Positions 1-9,377 of a stretch of 35,855 bases of DNA are shown piece by piece. The position numbers and the translations under genes were made by a program. The stretch is from Parvularia atlantis (lineage: Eukaryota). Under the pieces are notes generated by a model. It did no database searches, was not told the origin of the DNA, and saw only the letters and a program-made list of their open reading frames with translations. Each line of letters opens with the position of its first letter. The stretch's first letter is position 1. The stretch covers positions 1 through 35,855 of the forward strand of contig CALSCO010000311.1 of NCBI GenBank assembly GCA_943704415.1, in the 5' to 3' direction.

Positions 1-80
1 CCGTCTTTGACGAGGCCATCCGCGCCGTGCTCAGCCCCGCCGCGCGCCCGAAGACCAAGAAGGGCTGCGTACTGCTCTGA
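1..80 (+). CDS. RAC1: 3' end of a Rac-subfamily Rho GTPase (partial)
   Basis: Frame from nt 3 reads VFDEAIRAVLSPAARPKTKKGCVLL*. This matches the Rac C-terminus (VFDEAIRAVL, polybasic stretch, CAAX box CVLL). Absent from the ORF track. Confidence 0.88.
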   Translation, partial: VFDEAIRAVLSPAARPKTKKGCVLL

Positions 81-334
81 GAGCGGCGTCCCTGCGTCCC
101 TCTGCAAACCCCGCACACATGCCACCACCCACCGCCCACTTGCTTGCTTGGTTCCGCGCCCCCGCTGTCCCTCCTGTGTGTCACGAGCGCCTGTGGCGCG
201 AACATGTCGGTTGACGGACAACTGTGGCGTACATCAAGACGCCGACCTTGCTCTTCGCGCGCGCGCTCTTTGCGCGGGCCGCTGACACGTCGCGCCGCGC
301 CGCCCTTGCGCGCCGCAGTGCAGCGTCGTGCAGC

Positions 335-3300
335 ATGGCGAGCAAAGCAGCGGCAGGGGCAGCAGCTGGGGCAGCAGTCGGCGCACGGGCGCCCACAGCA
401 CAGAACGAGAGCGGCGGCGGCAGCAGCAGCGGCAGCGGGGGCAAGGGCGCGCTCGAGCTGCCCGTCGGCTTCGCGCCGCCCGCGCCCGCGCAGGGCTCGG
501 GGCTGAGCAAGAACGCTAAGAAGCGGCAGGCCAAGAAGAAGGCGCGCGCGCGGCGCGGTCGGGGCGCACCAGGGGCTTATCGCCGTCGCCGCGCCAGGCT
601 GACGGGTCCGTCCTGGCCAGCGAGGTGCACCACGAGGCCGGCAAGGCGGACGAGTTTCTCGTCGTGCAGTTTACGGAGCTCGGCTTCCAGCCGCAGGCTG
701 CGCGGTGCGTCGGCTCTGTGCGACGTGCGTCCGGGCGTCTGACGCACACCTGCAGCAACACCCTTATCGCCTGCAACAACGACTTTGACCAGACCCTGCA
801 GATGCTCCAGGCCGCCGGCGTGGCCGTGCTGTCGCAGGTGTGCGGCCGGCAGGGCACAACCGGGGCGCACTGCTCACGCTCACGAGTGAACGCAGCCGTC
901 GCTGCAGGACAAGCGCCCCGAGGGCACGCGCAACGACGAGGGCGTGGCCAAGCTGATGGAGATGGGCTTCTCGACCGCCGACAGCCGCCAGGTGCGGCGC
1001 GCTGGCACGGCAGCCACTTGTGCAGGCGTGTGACGCCCCGACCGCATTGCGCTAGGTGCTAATCGAGACCGGCGGCGACGTCACGCGCGCGATCGATCTG
1101 CTCGTGCAGCGACGCACCCCGGCGGCCGCGCCCAACGGCAGCGCCCCCCTGGCGGCAAAGTGCGATGCGCGTGCGTGCACACACGCCGCTGCTGACGCGC
1201 CGTTGGCACACAGGGCATCGCCGGGCGCCGCGAGCGCCAAGCAGCCCGTGCAGCGCGCATCGGCCGCACCGCAGCAGCAGAGGGCGACGCCGCAGACGCT
1301 GCAGCAGACGGGCGCGTCGTGGGCGGGTCCGCTAGCGGCTAAGCCTGCGCCGGTGGCGGCCCCGGCTCCGGTGCCAGCCCCGAGCAAGCCGGCCACGGCC
1401 GCGGCCGCACCGCCGTCGGCGGGCGGATGGCGCGTGGACGACGAGTGCGAGGCGCTGTACACGGCCGACAACACGTGGTACAAGGCGCGCATTGAGAGCA
1501 TCTCGCCCGACGGGAAGGCGTTCAGCGTCTACTACGTCGAGTACGGAAACCGCGAGACGCTCGGCGCGTCGTCGCTGCGCCATGCGACCTCGGCTGCGGC
1601 GGCCACGCCGCCCAGGCCCGCGCCATACAAGCTGGGCGACGAGTGTGAGGGCTGCTTCACCGAGGACAACGTCTGGTATCGCGCACGCGTCGACCGCGTC
1701 TCGCCCGACGGCCAGACCATCTCGGTGACCTACACCGAGTACAACAACTCAGAGAACCTGCCGCTTTCGCGCGTGCGCCCGCTCAGCTCGGCCGGCAGCC
1801 GCGCCACCGCAGCGCCAGCCCCGGTACCAGCACTAGCTCCAGCACCTGCGCCGGCTCCCGCACCAGTGCTCGCGCCCGCGCCCGCGCCCTCGCCCGTCTT
1901 CAAGCCCGGCGACACGGTCTTGGCGCAGTACACTCTCGACAACGTCTGGTACCCGGCTGTCATCACCGACTCGTCGTCCGACCGCGCCACGTTCACCGTG
2001 CACTACACCGAATACGGCAACACGGAGACGCTGCCGGCCGTGCGCATCCGCCCGCTGGGCGTCAAGCCGATAGCCGCGCCCGCGCCCGCCGTGACGGTCG
2101 CCCCGGTCAGCGTTCCCAAGACCGTTGAGCCTGCTGCTGCAGCGCGGTCGCCGGCCTCGCCGCCGCTCATCCTGCAGCCGGGCCTGGTGGTCGAGGCGTG
2201 CTTCACTGAGGACTCGCAGTGGTACACGGCCACGATCGTCGCCGTCGCGCCCGACCGCCTCACGGTCACGGTCAACTACGTCGAGTACGGCAACAGCGAA
2301 ACTCTGCCGATCGCGCGCATCCGCCGCCCGACCCTGCCGGCCAGCGCGCCCGCCCTGCCGGCCGACGGGCCACCAACCCCTCCTGTTCCGTCGCTCGTCG
2401 CCGCGGCGCTGCAGTCCGGGACGTCCATCGCCGTCGGCCCGCCCGCGGCGGCAGCGCCCGCCAAGGCCGCGCCTGCGCCCGCGCCCGCACCGGCTCAGGC
2501 AGCGGCACCCGCGCCGGCGTCGGCACCGGCCTTTGCCATTGGCCAGGTCGTGCAGGCGCAGTGGACCGAGGACAACGTCTGGTACGAGGCGCGCATCGAC
2601 GCGGTCGCGCCGGGCGCGCAGTACGCCGTCACGTACCTCGAGTACGGCAACGGCGAGACGCTGCCGGCCAGCCGCATCAAGGCCAAGGTGCCCGTCGCAC
2701 CCGTGGCCGCGCCGCAGCCCGTCGCCGCCCAGCAGCCCGTCGTCGCTCAGCAGCCCGCGCCCGCGCGCGTGCCGGCCACCGTGTCGCGCGCCCCGGCCAT
2801 CGAGGCCAAGTACAGCGTCGACGGCCAGTGGTACCGCGCCGAGATCCGCAAGCAAGATCCGCAGACGCGCCGTGTGCTCGTCGTCTTCCCTGAGTACGGC
2901 AACGAGGAGGAGGTCGGTTTGGAGGACATCCGCACCGTGTCTGCGCCGGGCCTGCAGCCGCAGCCGCAGCTCCTGCCGCAGCCCCCGCAGCAGCCGCAGC
3001 AGCCGCAGCAGCCGCAGCAGCCGCAGCAGCCCCGTCTGGTGCAGCCGGTGGCGAGCGTCGCTGCGCCGGCCGCTGCCTGGGCCGTCGGACAGCGCTGCGA
3101 GGCACAGTACGCGGCCGACCTGCAGTGGTACCCGGCCATCATCCGCGAGGTCAAGCAGGGTTCCGTGCGCGTGATCTACCCCGAGTACGGCAACGAGGAG
3201 GAGGTCCCGTTCGAGCGCCTGCGCGCACCCGCGGCCCAGGGCGCGCCAGGCCTTGGCGTCAGCTTCCAGCCGATGGTCAGCGGCGTCGTGCCGCCCGGCC

Positions 3301-3488
3301 GCGCCGTGCCCGGCCCATACCAGGCGTTTGCGCCGCTCCCCGCCGCGCCGATACTGGTGCCCGCGGCCGGCGCCGCGTGGGGCCTACCCGGCCAAGTGGC
3401 CGCCGTGCCGCCGCGCACGCAGCAGCCGGGCGCCGCGTTTGGCCTTGGCAGCAAGTCGGCCTGGGGTGCGCCCGGTGGCACGCGGTGA
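335..3488 (+). CDS. Protein with 2 UBA-like domains and 7 SMN/TDRD3-type Tudor domains separated by Pro/Ala-rich linkers (5 introns, all 5')
   Basis: Spliced exons give FTELGFQPQAARNTLIACNNDFDQTLQML and KLMEMGFSTADSRQVLIETGGDVTRAIDLL (UBA), then seven copies of G..C.A.(Y/F/W)..D..WY.A.I......V.Y.EYGN.E. Start ATG at 335 (MASKAAAG) is inferred; a probable 5'UTR intron ends at 318. Confidence 0.8.
2955..3030 (+). repeat. CAGCCG / CAGCCGCAG low-complexity repeat encoding a QP/QQP linker
   Basis: Tandem cagccgcag units lie between Tudor domains 6 and 7. Confidence 0.8.
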
Positions 3489-3696
3489 TGCGGTCCCGCC
3501 GCCCCAGGCGCGCTCATCGAAAAAAAAGTCGCGCGTCCCGCTTGCGTGTCGCTCTCTGCGCCGGTGCTCTTTGAGGCTCTATGTGTGCCCGTGTGTGCGT
3601 GTGGGGCTTCAAGTGGATAGACGGTGGTTGGCAGCGGCGGCAAACGAAAACAAGCAATCGTCAAATGCGTGTGTGAGTGCATGACTGCGTGGGTGC

Positions 3697-5168
3697 TCAC
3701 GGCTCGTCGCCGTCGATGAGCTGTTTGTACAGCTTGCGGCGCGACGGGTCCTGCCGCGCGCGCACAGAAGTGCCGTTCAGCCACACGTGCGCGCCACACC
3801 GCCGCGCGCACCTTCCGACGCCGCCGCTTCTGCGACACCCACCGCCCGAGCCGCGGCGCGAGATTCTGCTCCCAGGCGACGGCGACGAGCAAGTGTGCAA
3901 GTGCAAAGCCAAAGATGGCCACGCGCCACAGCAGCGGCACCTGGCGCAGCGCAGCGTCAAGCGCACGCGCAGACAGGCGCATACGGGTCGCACTTCGACG
4001 AGCACAAAAAAGTCGCTCGTGAGGCTGTCAGGCACGAAGAGCATGTAGAGCGTAAAGAGCGTGAGCACGGCCAGGGTCATCATGAGCCACACTGGCGTGC
4101 GGCGTCAGGTGTGAGCGGTGTGTGCGCGGCAGCGACCCCGCACCGTTCGAGAAGATCGACTTGCGGTAGGCGCGGCCCGTGCTGAAAACGACGCTGCCCG
4201 AGATGTACAGGAAGCACGAGAACAGGAACAGCGTCGTGTTCTCGGCGCACTCGTACTGCGTGCTGCCGACCGACGGGCCGCCGGCCACCGGCGCGAGCGG
4301 CGTGTACCTGCAAGCACCGCTGGCGTCAGCCGCGCACGCAGCGAGAGCGCTGCACACGCGCTGCGCACCAAGCCTGCGTCTTCAGCATGAGGTAGACGAG
4401 GATCTGGAAGAGCATCTGGATGCCGATCTGGCCAAAGAGCGAGATCATGATCGACGGCGAGAGGAGGCTGCCCGTGGGGGACTTGCGCGCGAGCTGCTCG
4501 CTAGCGGTCGTGAGCGCCATGCTGAGCGAGAGCGGGAGGATGACGACGAGGTCGATGAAGAGGAACTGGACGTCGCCCAGGTTCGAGTCGATGCCGTACA
4601 GGATCGAGACAGTGATGGTCTGGATCATGGCGTAGAACGACATGTACTTGAAGCAGCTGAACGACGTCACCAGCGCCGCGCGCCCCTCTCGGATCAGCTG
4701 CAACACCGAGCCGATGTGCATGTCCAGGCTCGAGAACGGCGCGGCCACCGACGCCTCCACCGTCGACAGCGACAGGCCCACGTCGGCCGCACGCAGGGCC
4801 CCGCAGTCGTTCGCACCGTCGCCGACCATCGCGCAGGTGAAGCCGAGCGTCTGGAAGTCCTCGAGCAGGGCCTGTTTAAGGTGCGGGAGCATACGCGCGT
4901 AGACGTGGCACCGCAGCAGCAGCTTGTGGAAGAGCACGGGATTGAGTGCGCGCTTGAGCCGCTCATAGTCGTCGCCCGTGATCGACACCTCGGCAAACAC
5001 CACTTCGCCGTCGCCGTCGCCGCCCTCCTGCTCGGCTGCCTCCTCCTCTTCCTCGTCGTCGTTGTCGTTGTCGTCGTCATCAGCGTTCTCCGGCGCCGCT
5101 GCCACGGCAGGCGTGGCCGGCTGCGATGGCGCAGTGAGCGCCTCGTCATCGTTGTACACCACCGACAG

Positions 5169-5201
<33 letters not shown>

Positions 5202-8200
5202 AGCTTTGCTAAGTGAGTCCATCTGAATGGCGACGTGGTCGCTGCCATTGCGCGCCTGCGCGGGCGTCTTGCCCTCGACGGCGCTTGCGCTTGCGCGCTT
5301 GTACGGCAGCCGGTACGCCTGCACCCGACTCGTGAGCTGCTCGGTGGTGAGGCCGCGCGGTGGGTGCGTGGCGCCCGTGGCCGCGTTGTCGCTCGCGTCC
5401 AGCCGGACCCAGCGCACGCGGTTGCTGGCGGGGCCGTCGCTAAAAACGGGGCGATAGACGGGGCAGTTCTGGCGCTGAATGCCGCACTGGCGCGCGACGC
5501 TGCTGGCCGTGAGCACGTTGTCGCCCGTGACCATGAACGTGCGGATGCGCGCGTGGGCCAGCAGCGCCAGGGTCGGGATGGTCTGCTCCTTGAGCGCGTT
5601 CTCCATCACAAGCAGGCCTGCAAACACGACGTCGCTCTCGGTGGCCTGCCTGCGCCCGCGGCCGCGTCAGAGAGAGGGCGCACGCCCCGCACGCCCCGTA
5701 CGCGTCACGCGCACCTCGCCAGCGCGGCGACGTCCTGCATCGTACGCACGCCCGGCAGCAGCTTGTAGGCCAGGCCGAGCACGCGGTAGCCGCGGTGGGT
5801 GTAGTGTTCGAGCTGCCGGTCAAAGTTGGCCGGGACGCTGTCGGGGCGGGCGAGGCGGCGGACGACCTCGGGCGCACCCTTGATGTGCGCCTGGAAGCGC
5901 TGGTGCATCGTGTCAAACACGACGACGCTCATGCGCTGCACGGCCGAGTCGAAGTCGAAGCAGCGCGCGATCCACAGCTCGTACAGCTCGTCCGGGCTGC
6001 GCACTATGCCGCGCACCGAGCGGGCCAGGGCCGGGTCGGCGGCGCGCATGCGGAGCTCGCGCGCGTCGCCGAGCTGCGGCGCCGGGCCGAAGGTCCACTG
6101 CGAGAACTCGAGCATGCGCACGTCGACCGGGTCGCCCACGACGGCGCCGTTGAGCAGGAGAAGCGAGTGCGTGCTCGCGAGCAGGTGCCGGAGCGTGACC
6201 GCGCCCGCGCCGTCGGCCGTCTCGGCCGCTTCGGCCTCGGACAGGTTGCGCACGAGCGCGCCCAGCTGGCGGTCTTGCGCCCCCTGGCCAATCACGCCGA
6301 CCACCTGCAGGTCGTCCTCGGTCAGCGTGCCGGTCTTGTCGAACGCGACGCAGTTGAGCCGCCCGGCAACGTTGACGCGCGGCGGCGAGATGCAGAAGAT
6401 GCGCTTGCTCTTGAGCCGGCTGAGCGCGAACGACGTCCCGATCGTCATCGCCACGGGCAGCGCGGGCGGGACCGAGACCGTGATGAGGTCCGCGAAGCGA
6501 AGCAGGATCTTCTGCCACGAGGCCTGCGGCGGGCGTGGTGCGGGTGAGCGCGCGGCCACTTGCGGCGCGCCGACCACGCACGTGCAGGCTGATGTACGTG
6601 TACAGGCTGTAGGCGAAGCCGAGGGCGGCTGTGCGCGACGCCCGTCAGGTGTCAAACGCGTGGCCGAGGGACCGGCACGCACCGACAATGCCCATGATGC
6701 CGATGAAGCGGAACGAGTCGCGCACAAACGTGAACCGGCTCGGCCGTGGGAAGAGGATCGAGCGGATGAGCTGGCCCTTGGCCGTCTCGAAGCCCGTGCG
6801 GACCACGAACGCCACGACGCGCCCCGCGCCCGCGTGCGACGCCGCGGTGGTAGGCCGCACGGCCAGCGGCTGCTGCTCAAGCGTCTGAATGACGCTGGTG
6901 CCGGCGAAGAGCATGTGGCGCTTGGACGTGCGCGCCTCGGGCACGATCATGTGCGGCGGGCCGGTCTGGAGCAGACCGCGGCTGAGCGACTCGCTGGCGG
7001 AGAGCACGGGCGCGGGCGACTTGGTGACGGGGATGGACTCGCCCGTGAGCATCGACTCGTTCGCGATGCACGAGCCGACGACCATGAGCGCGTCGCACGG
7101 CACCACAAAGCCGTTGGCAGTAGACGGAATCTCGATTAGGTCGCCGGGCACAAGCGCGGACGACGGCATCTCGGTCCCTGCGAAGCCGTCAGTCACGCGC
7201 TCACTCACGGCGAGATACTACTACTAACGCACAGCCCGTGGTCAGGAGCACGTTGACTACGCCGTCGTAGCGCGCCATGCTCTGGAGCTTGCGGATGTTC
7301 TGGCGCGCGAGCGGTCAAGCGACGGCGCCGTACGCGCACCCCGCACGCGCGCACCTCGCGCAGCTCACGCAGTGACATCACCACCGACACGGCTGAGACG
7401 ATGAAGATGGTCGTGGCGTAGTAGTAGTACTCCTCGATGAACCACACGGCGATGCTCAGCAGTTGGAAGACGTAGAACGGGTGGATGACCTCGTCCAGCA
7501 GCAGGCGCGGGATCGACTTCATCGCGACCTCGACCGCGTTGCTGCCAAACACCGCGCGCCGGTGCGCCCGCTGCGCTTCGGGCTGCGGCGCGTTGCCGAA
7601 GCCGCTCGCGTCGGCCGGCACGCCGCGCTCAAAGATGTCGCAGCACGCGCTGCGCCGGCGCGTCAGACGGTGCGTGCTGCGCGCACGCGACCGCCGGCAC
7701 GTGCCTCGGCGCTTCAAAGTAGCCCGACGTGGGCGATAGCACGTAGCGCGCGTAGCGGTAGCGGAGCACGCGCAGCAGCGTCTGCAGTGCTTGGTGAGTC
7801 ACGACGCGTTCAGCCCGGAGCCGCGCGCGCACCGTCCCGGAGGCCGCGACCAGCTCCACCGGGTGCACCGTGACCTCGCCCGCGCTCGTCTGTGCGCGCG
7901 CGCGCGCGCGCAAGGGGCGTGAGTGCGCATGAGGGGCATGACGGCGGCGCACGGCACCGTCGCCTTCACCCAGTGCGCGTCGGCGAGGGGCGCGCGGCGG
8001 CAGGCCAGCAGCAAGAACAGCTGCGGGTACACGTCGCTGACGACGTAGACGAGCCCGAGCGACGCCACGCTCGCGAGCCAGAACAGGACCTTGCCCGCGG
8101 GCCACGCGGCGTACCCCTCACACACGGCCTGCGCACACGCGCGCACACGCCGTCAGGGTTTTGCATGCGCCGCCCGCGCCGCGCCCCGCCGCACCGTCTG

Positions 8201-8335
8201 GTCGTCCTCCAGCACGACCGTCTGCGCCCAGGGCGCGCTGCCGCCTGCCGCCCGTGCCCCCGCGGCGTCCGGCGGCTGCGGATCCGGCCCGTCCGCCTCG
8301 TCAACAAGGCGCGCGTGCGCACCGCTCGCCGCCAT
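3697..8335 (-). CDS. P5B-type cation/polyamine-transporting ATPase (ATP13A2-5/Ypk9 family), about 13 introns
   Basis: Motifs [21 protein letters not shown] (P5B), [42 protein letters not shown] and [10 protein letters not shown]. Exons join in frame from MAASG (8335) to TGA at 3697-3699. Confidence 0.93.
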
Positions 8336-8342
8336 GTTCGGT

Positions 8343-8349
8343 CTTTTTC
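8343..8349 (+). promoter_or_regulatory. Candidate 5'TOP/TCT-like pyrimidine initiator for RPS23
   Basis: CTTTTTC begins 28 nt upstream of the RPS23 ATG and is the only pyrimidine run in a GC-rich intergenic gap. Such tracts typify ribosomal-protein start sites. Confidence 0.4.
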
Positions 8350-8370
8350 GACCCGAGACGAGCCGCGAAC

Positions 8371-9258
8371 ATGGGTGCGTGGCCAGGCGCGAGGGGGGAG
8401 GGCATCGGCGGGCCGCGGCGGGCAGCGGGCGGGGCGCGCGCAGACGAGCCGCGGCCGCGACCAGGGGGCGTGGATGGGTGCGGATGGCGCGCGGATGCCG
8501 ACCGGATGGCGCGCGGATGGGTGCCGAACGTGCGCTCATCTCGCCGCGGCCTAATTCTCGTACGTGCGTGCGCGCGCGCCCACAGGCAAGGGCAAGCCCT
8601 CGGGCATGAACACGGCGCGCAAGCTGCGCAGCAAGCGCCGCGACGAGCGCTGGGCCGACAAGAAGTGGAAGAAGGAGGCGCTCGGCACGCGCTACAAGCA
8701 CCAGCCGTTCCAGGGCGCGTCGCACGCCAAGGGCATCTGCCTCGAGAAAGTGTGCGTGCGCCAGCGGGGACAGCGCGTGCCCTGGGCGCCGTTGCGGGAC
8801 CTGCTCACGCCGCCCGGGTGCGCGCGCACCGCAGCGGTGTCGAGTCCAAGCAGCCCAACTCTGCCATCCGCAAGTGCATCCGTGTGCAGCTGATCAAGAA
8901 CGCCAAGAAGGTCACGGCCTTTGTGCCCTGGGACGGCTGCCTCAACTTCATCGAGGAGAACGTGCGTGGGCAGCGCGGGCAGGGCGCGGGCGCGGGCGCG
9001 GGCGCGGGGCGGCTGACGCGCGCGATCGGCGACCGCAGGACGAGGTGCTCCTCGCCGGCTTTGGTCGCAAGGGCAAGGCCGTGCGTGGCTCTCTGTCGCG
9101 CGCGTGGGCGCAATGCCGTGCATGCCGTGCTCACGGCCACCGGCGCCCGCGCCTCGCAGAAAGGTGATATCCCCGGTGTGCGGTTCAAGGTTGTCAAGGT
9201 CTCGGGCGTGGCCCTGCTCGCGCTGTTCTACGGCAAAAAGGAGAAGCCGCGCTCGTAG
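8371..9258 (+). CDS. RPS23: 40S ribosomal protein S23 (uS12), 4 introns
   Basis: ATG G / intron 8375-8585 / GKGKPSG...[24 protein letters not shown]...[38 protein letters not shown]...KKEKPRS*. Confidence 0.97.
   Translation: MGAWPGARGEGIGGPRRAAGGARADEPRPRPGGVDGCGWRADADRMARGWVPNVRSSRRGLILVRACARAHRQGQALGHEHGAQAAQQAPRRALGRQEVEEGGARHALQAPAVPGRVARQGHLPRESVRAPAGTARALGAVAGPAHAARVRAHRSGVESKQPNSAIRKCIRVQLIKNAKKVTAFVPWDGCLNFIEENVRGQRGQGAGAGAGAGRLTRAIGDRRTRCSSPALVARARPCVALCRARGRNAVHAVLTATGARASQKGDIPGVRFKVVKVSGVALLALFYGKKEKPRS
8472..8523. repeat. Five phased GGATG units in RPS23 intron 1
   Basis: GGATG starts at 8472, 8482, 8493, 8504 and 8515. Confidence 0.8.
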
Positions 9259-9377
9259 ACGACGCGTGCCGCCCCCTCCTCCCCCGCCCCCCTCCGTGTG
9301 TGGCCGCGCGCATGTGCCTGCTGTCGCGCCGCCGCGAAGGACACACAAGTTTGGTGACAGTTGCCACGTGGCTTGCG

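Noticed and set aside
204..334. Upstream ATG at 204 as the start of the UBA-Tudor gene
   Set aside because: Splicing gtacat...gcag (acceptor 318) puts it out of frame with MASKAAAG; at most a uORF.
1428..3225. Regularly recurring GAGTACGGCAAC-like DNA repeats as a CRISPR-like array
   Set aside because: They are the EYGN codons of the Tudor domains, degenerate at silent sites, with coding sequence between them.
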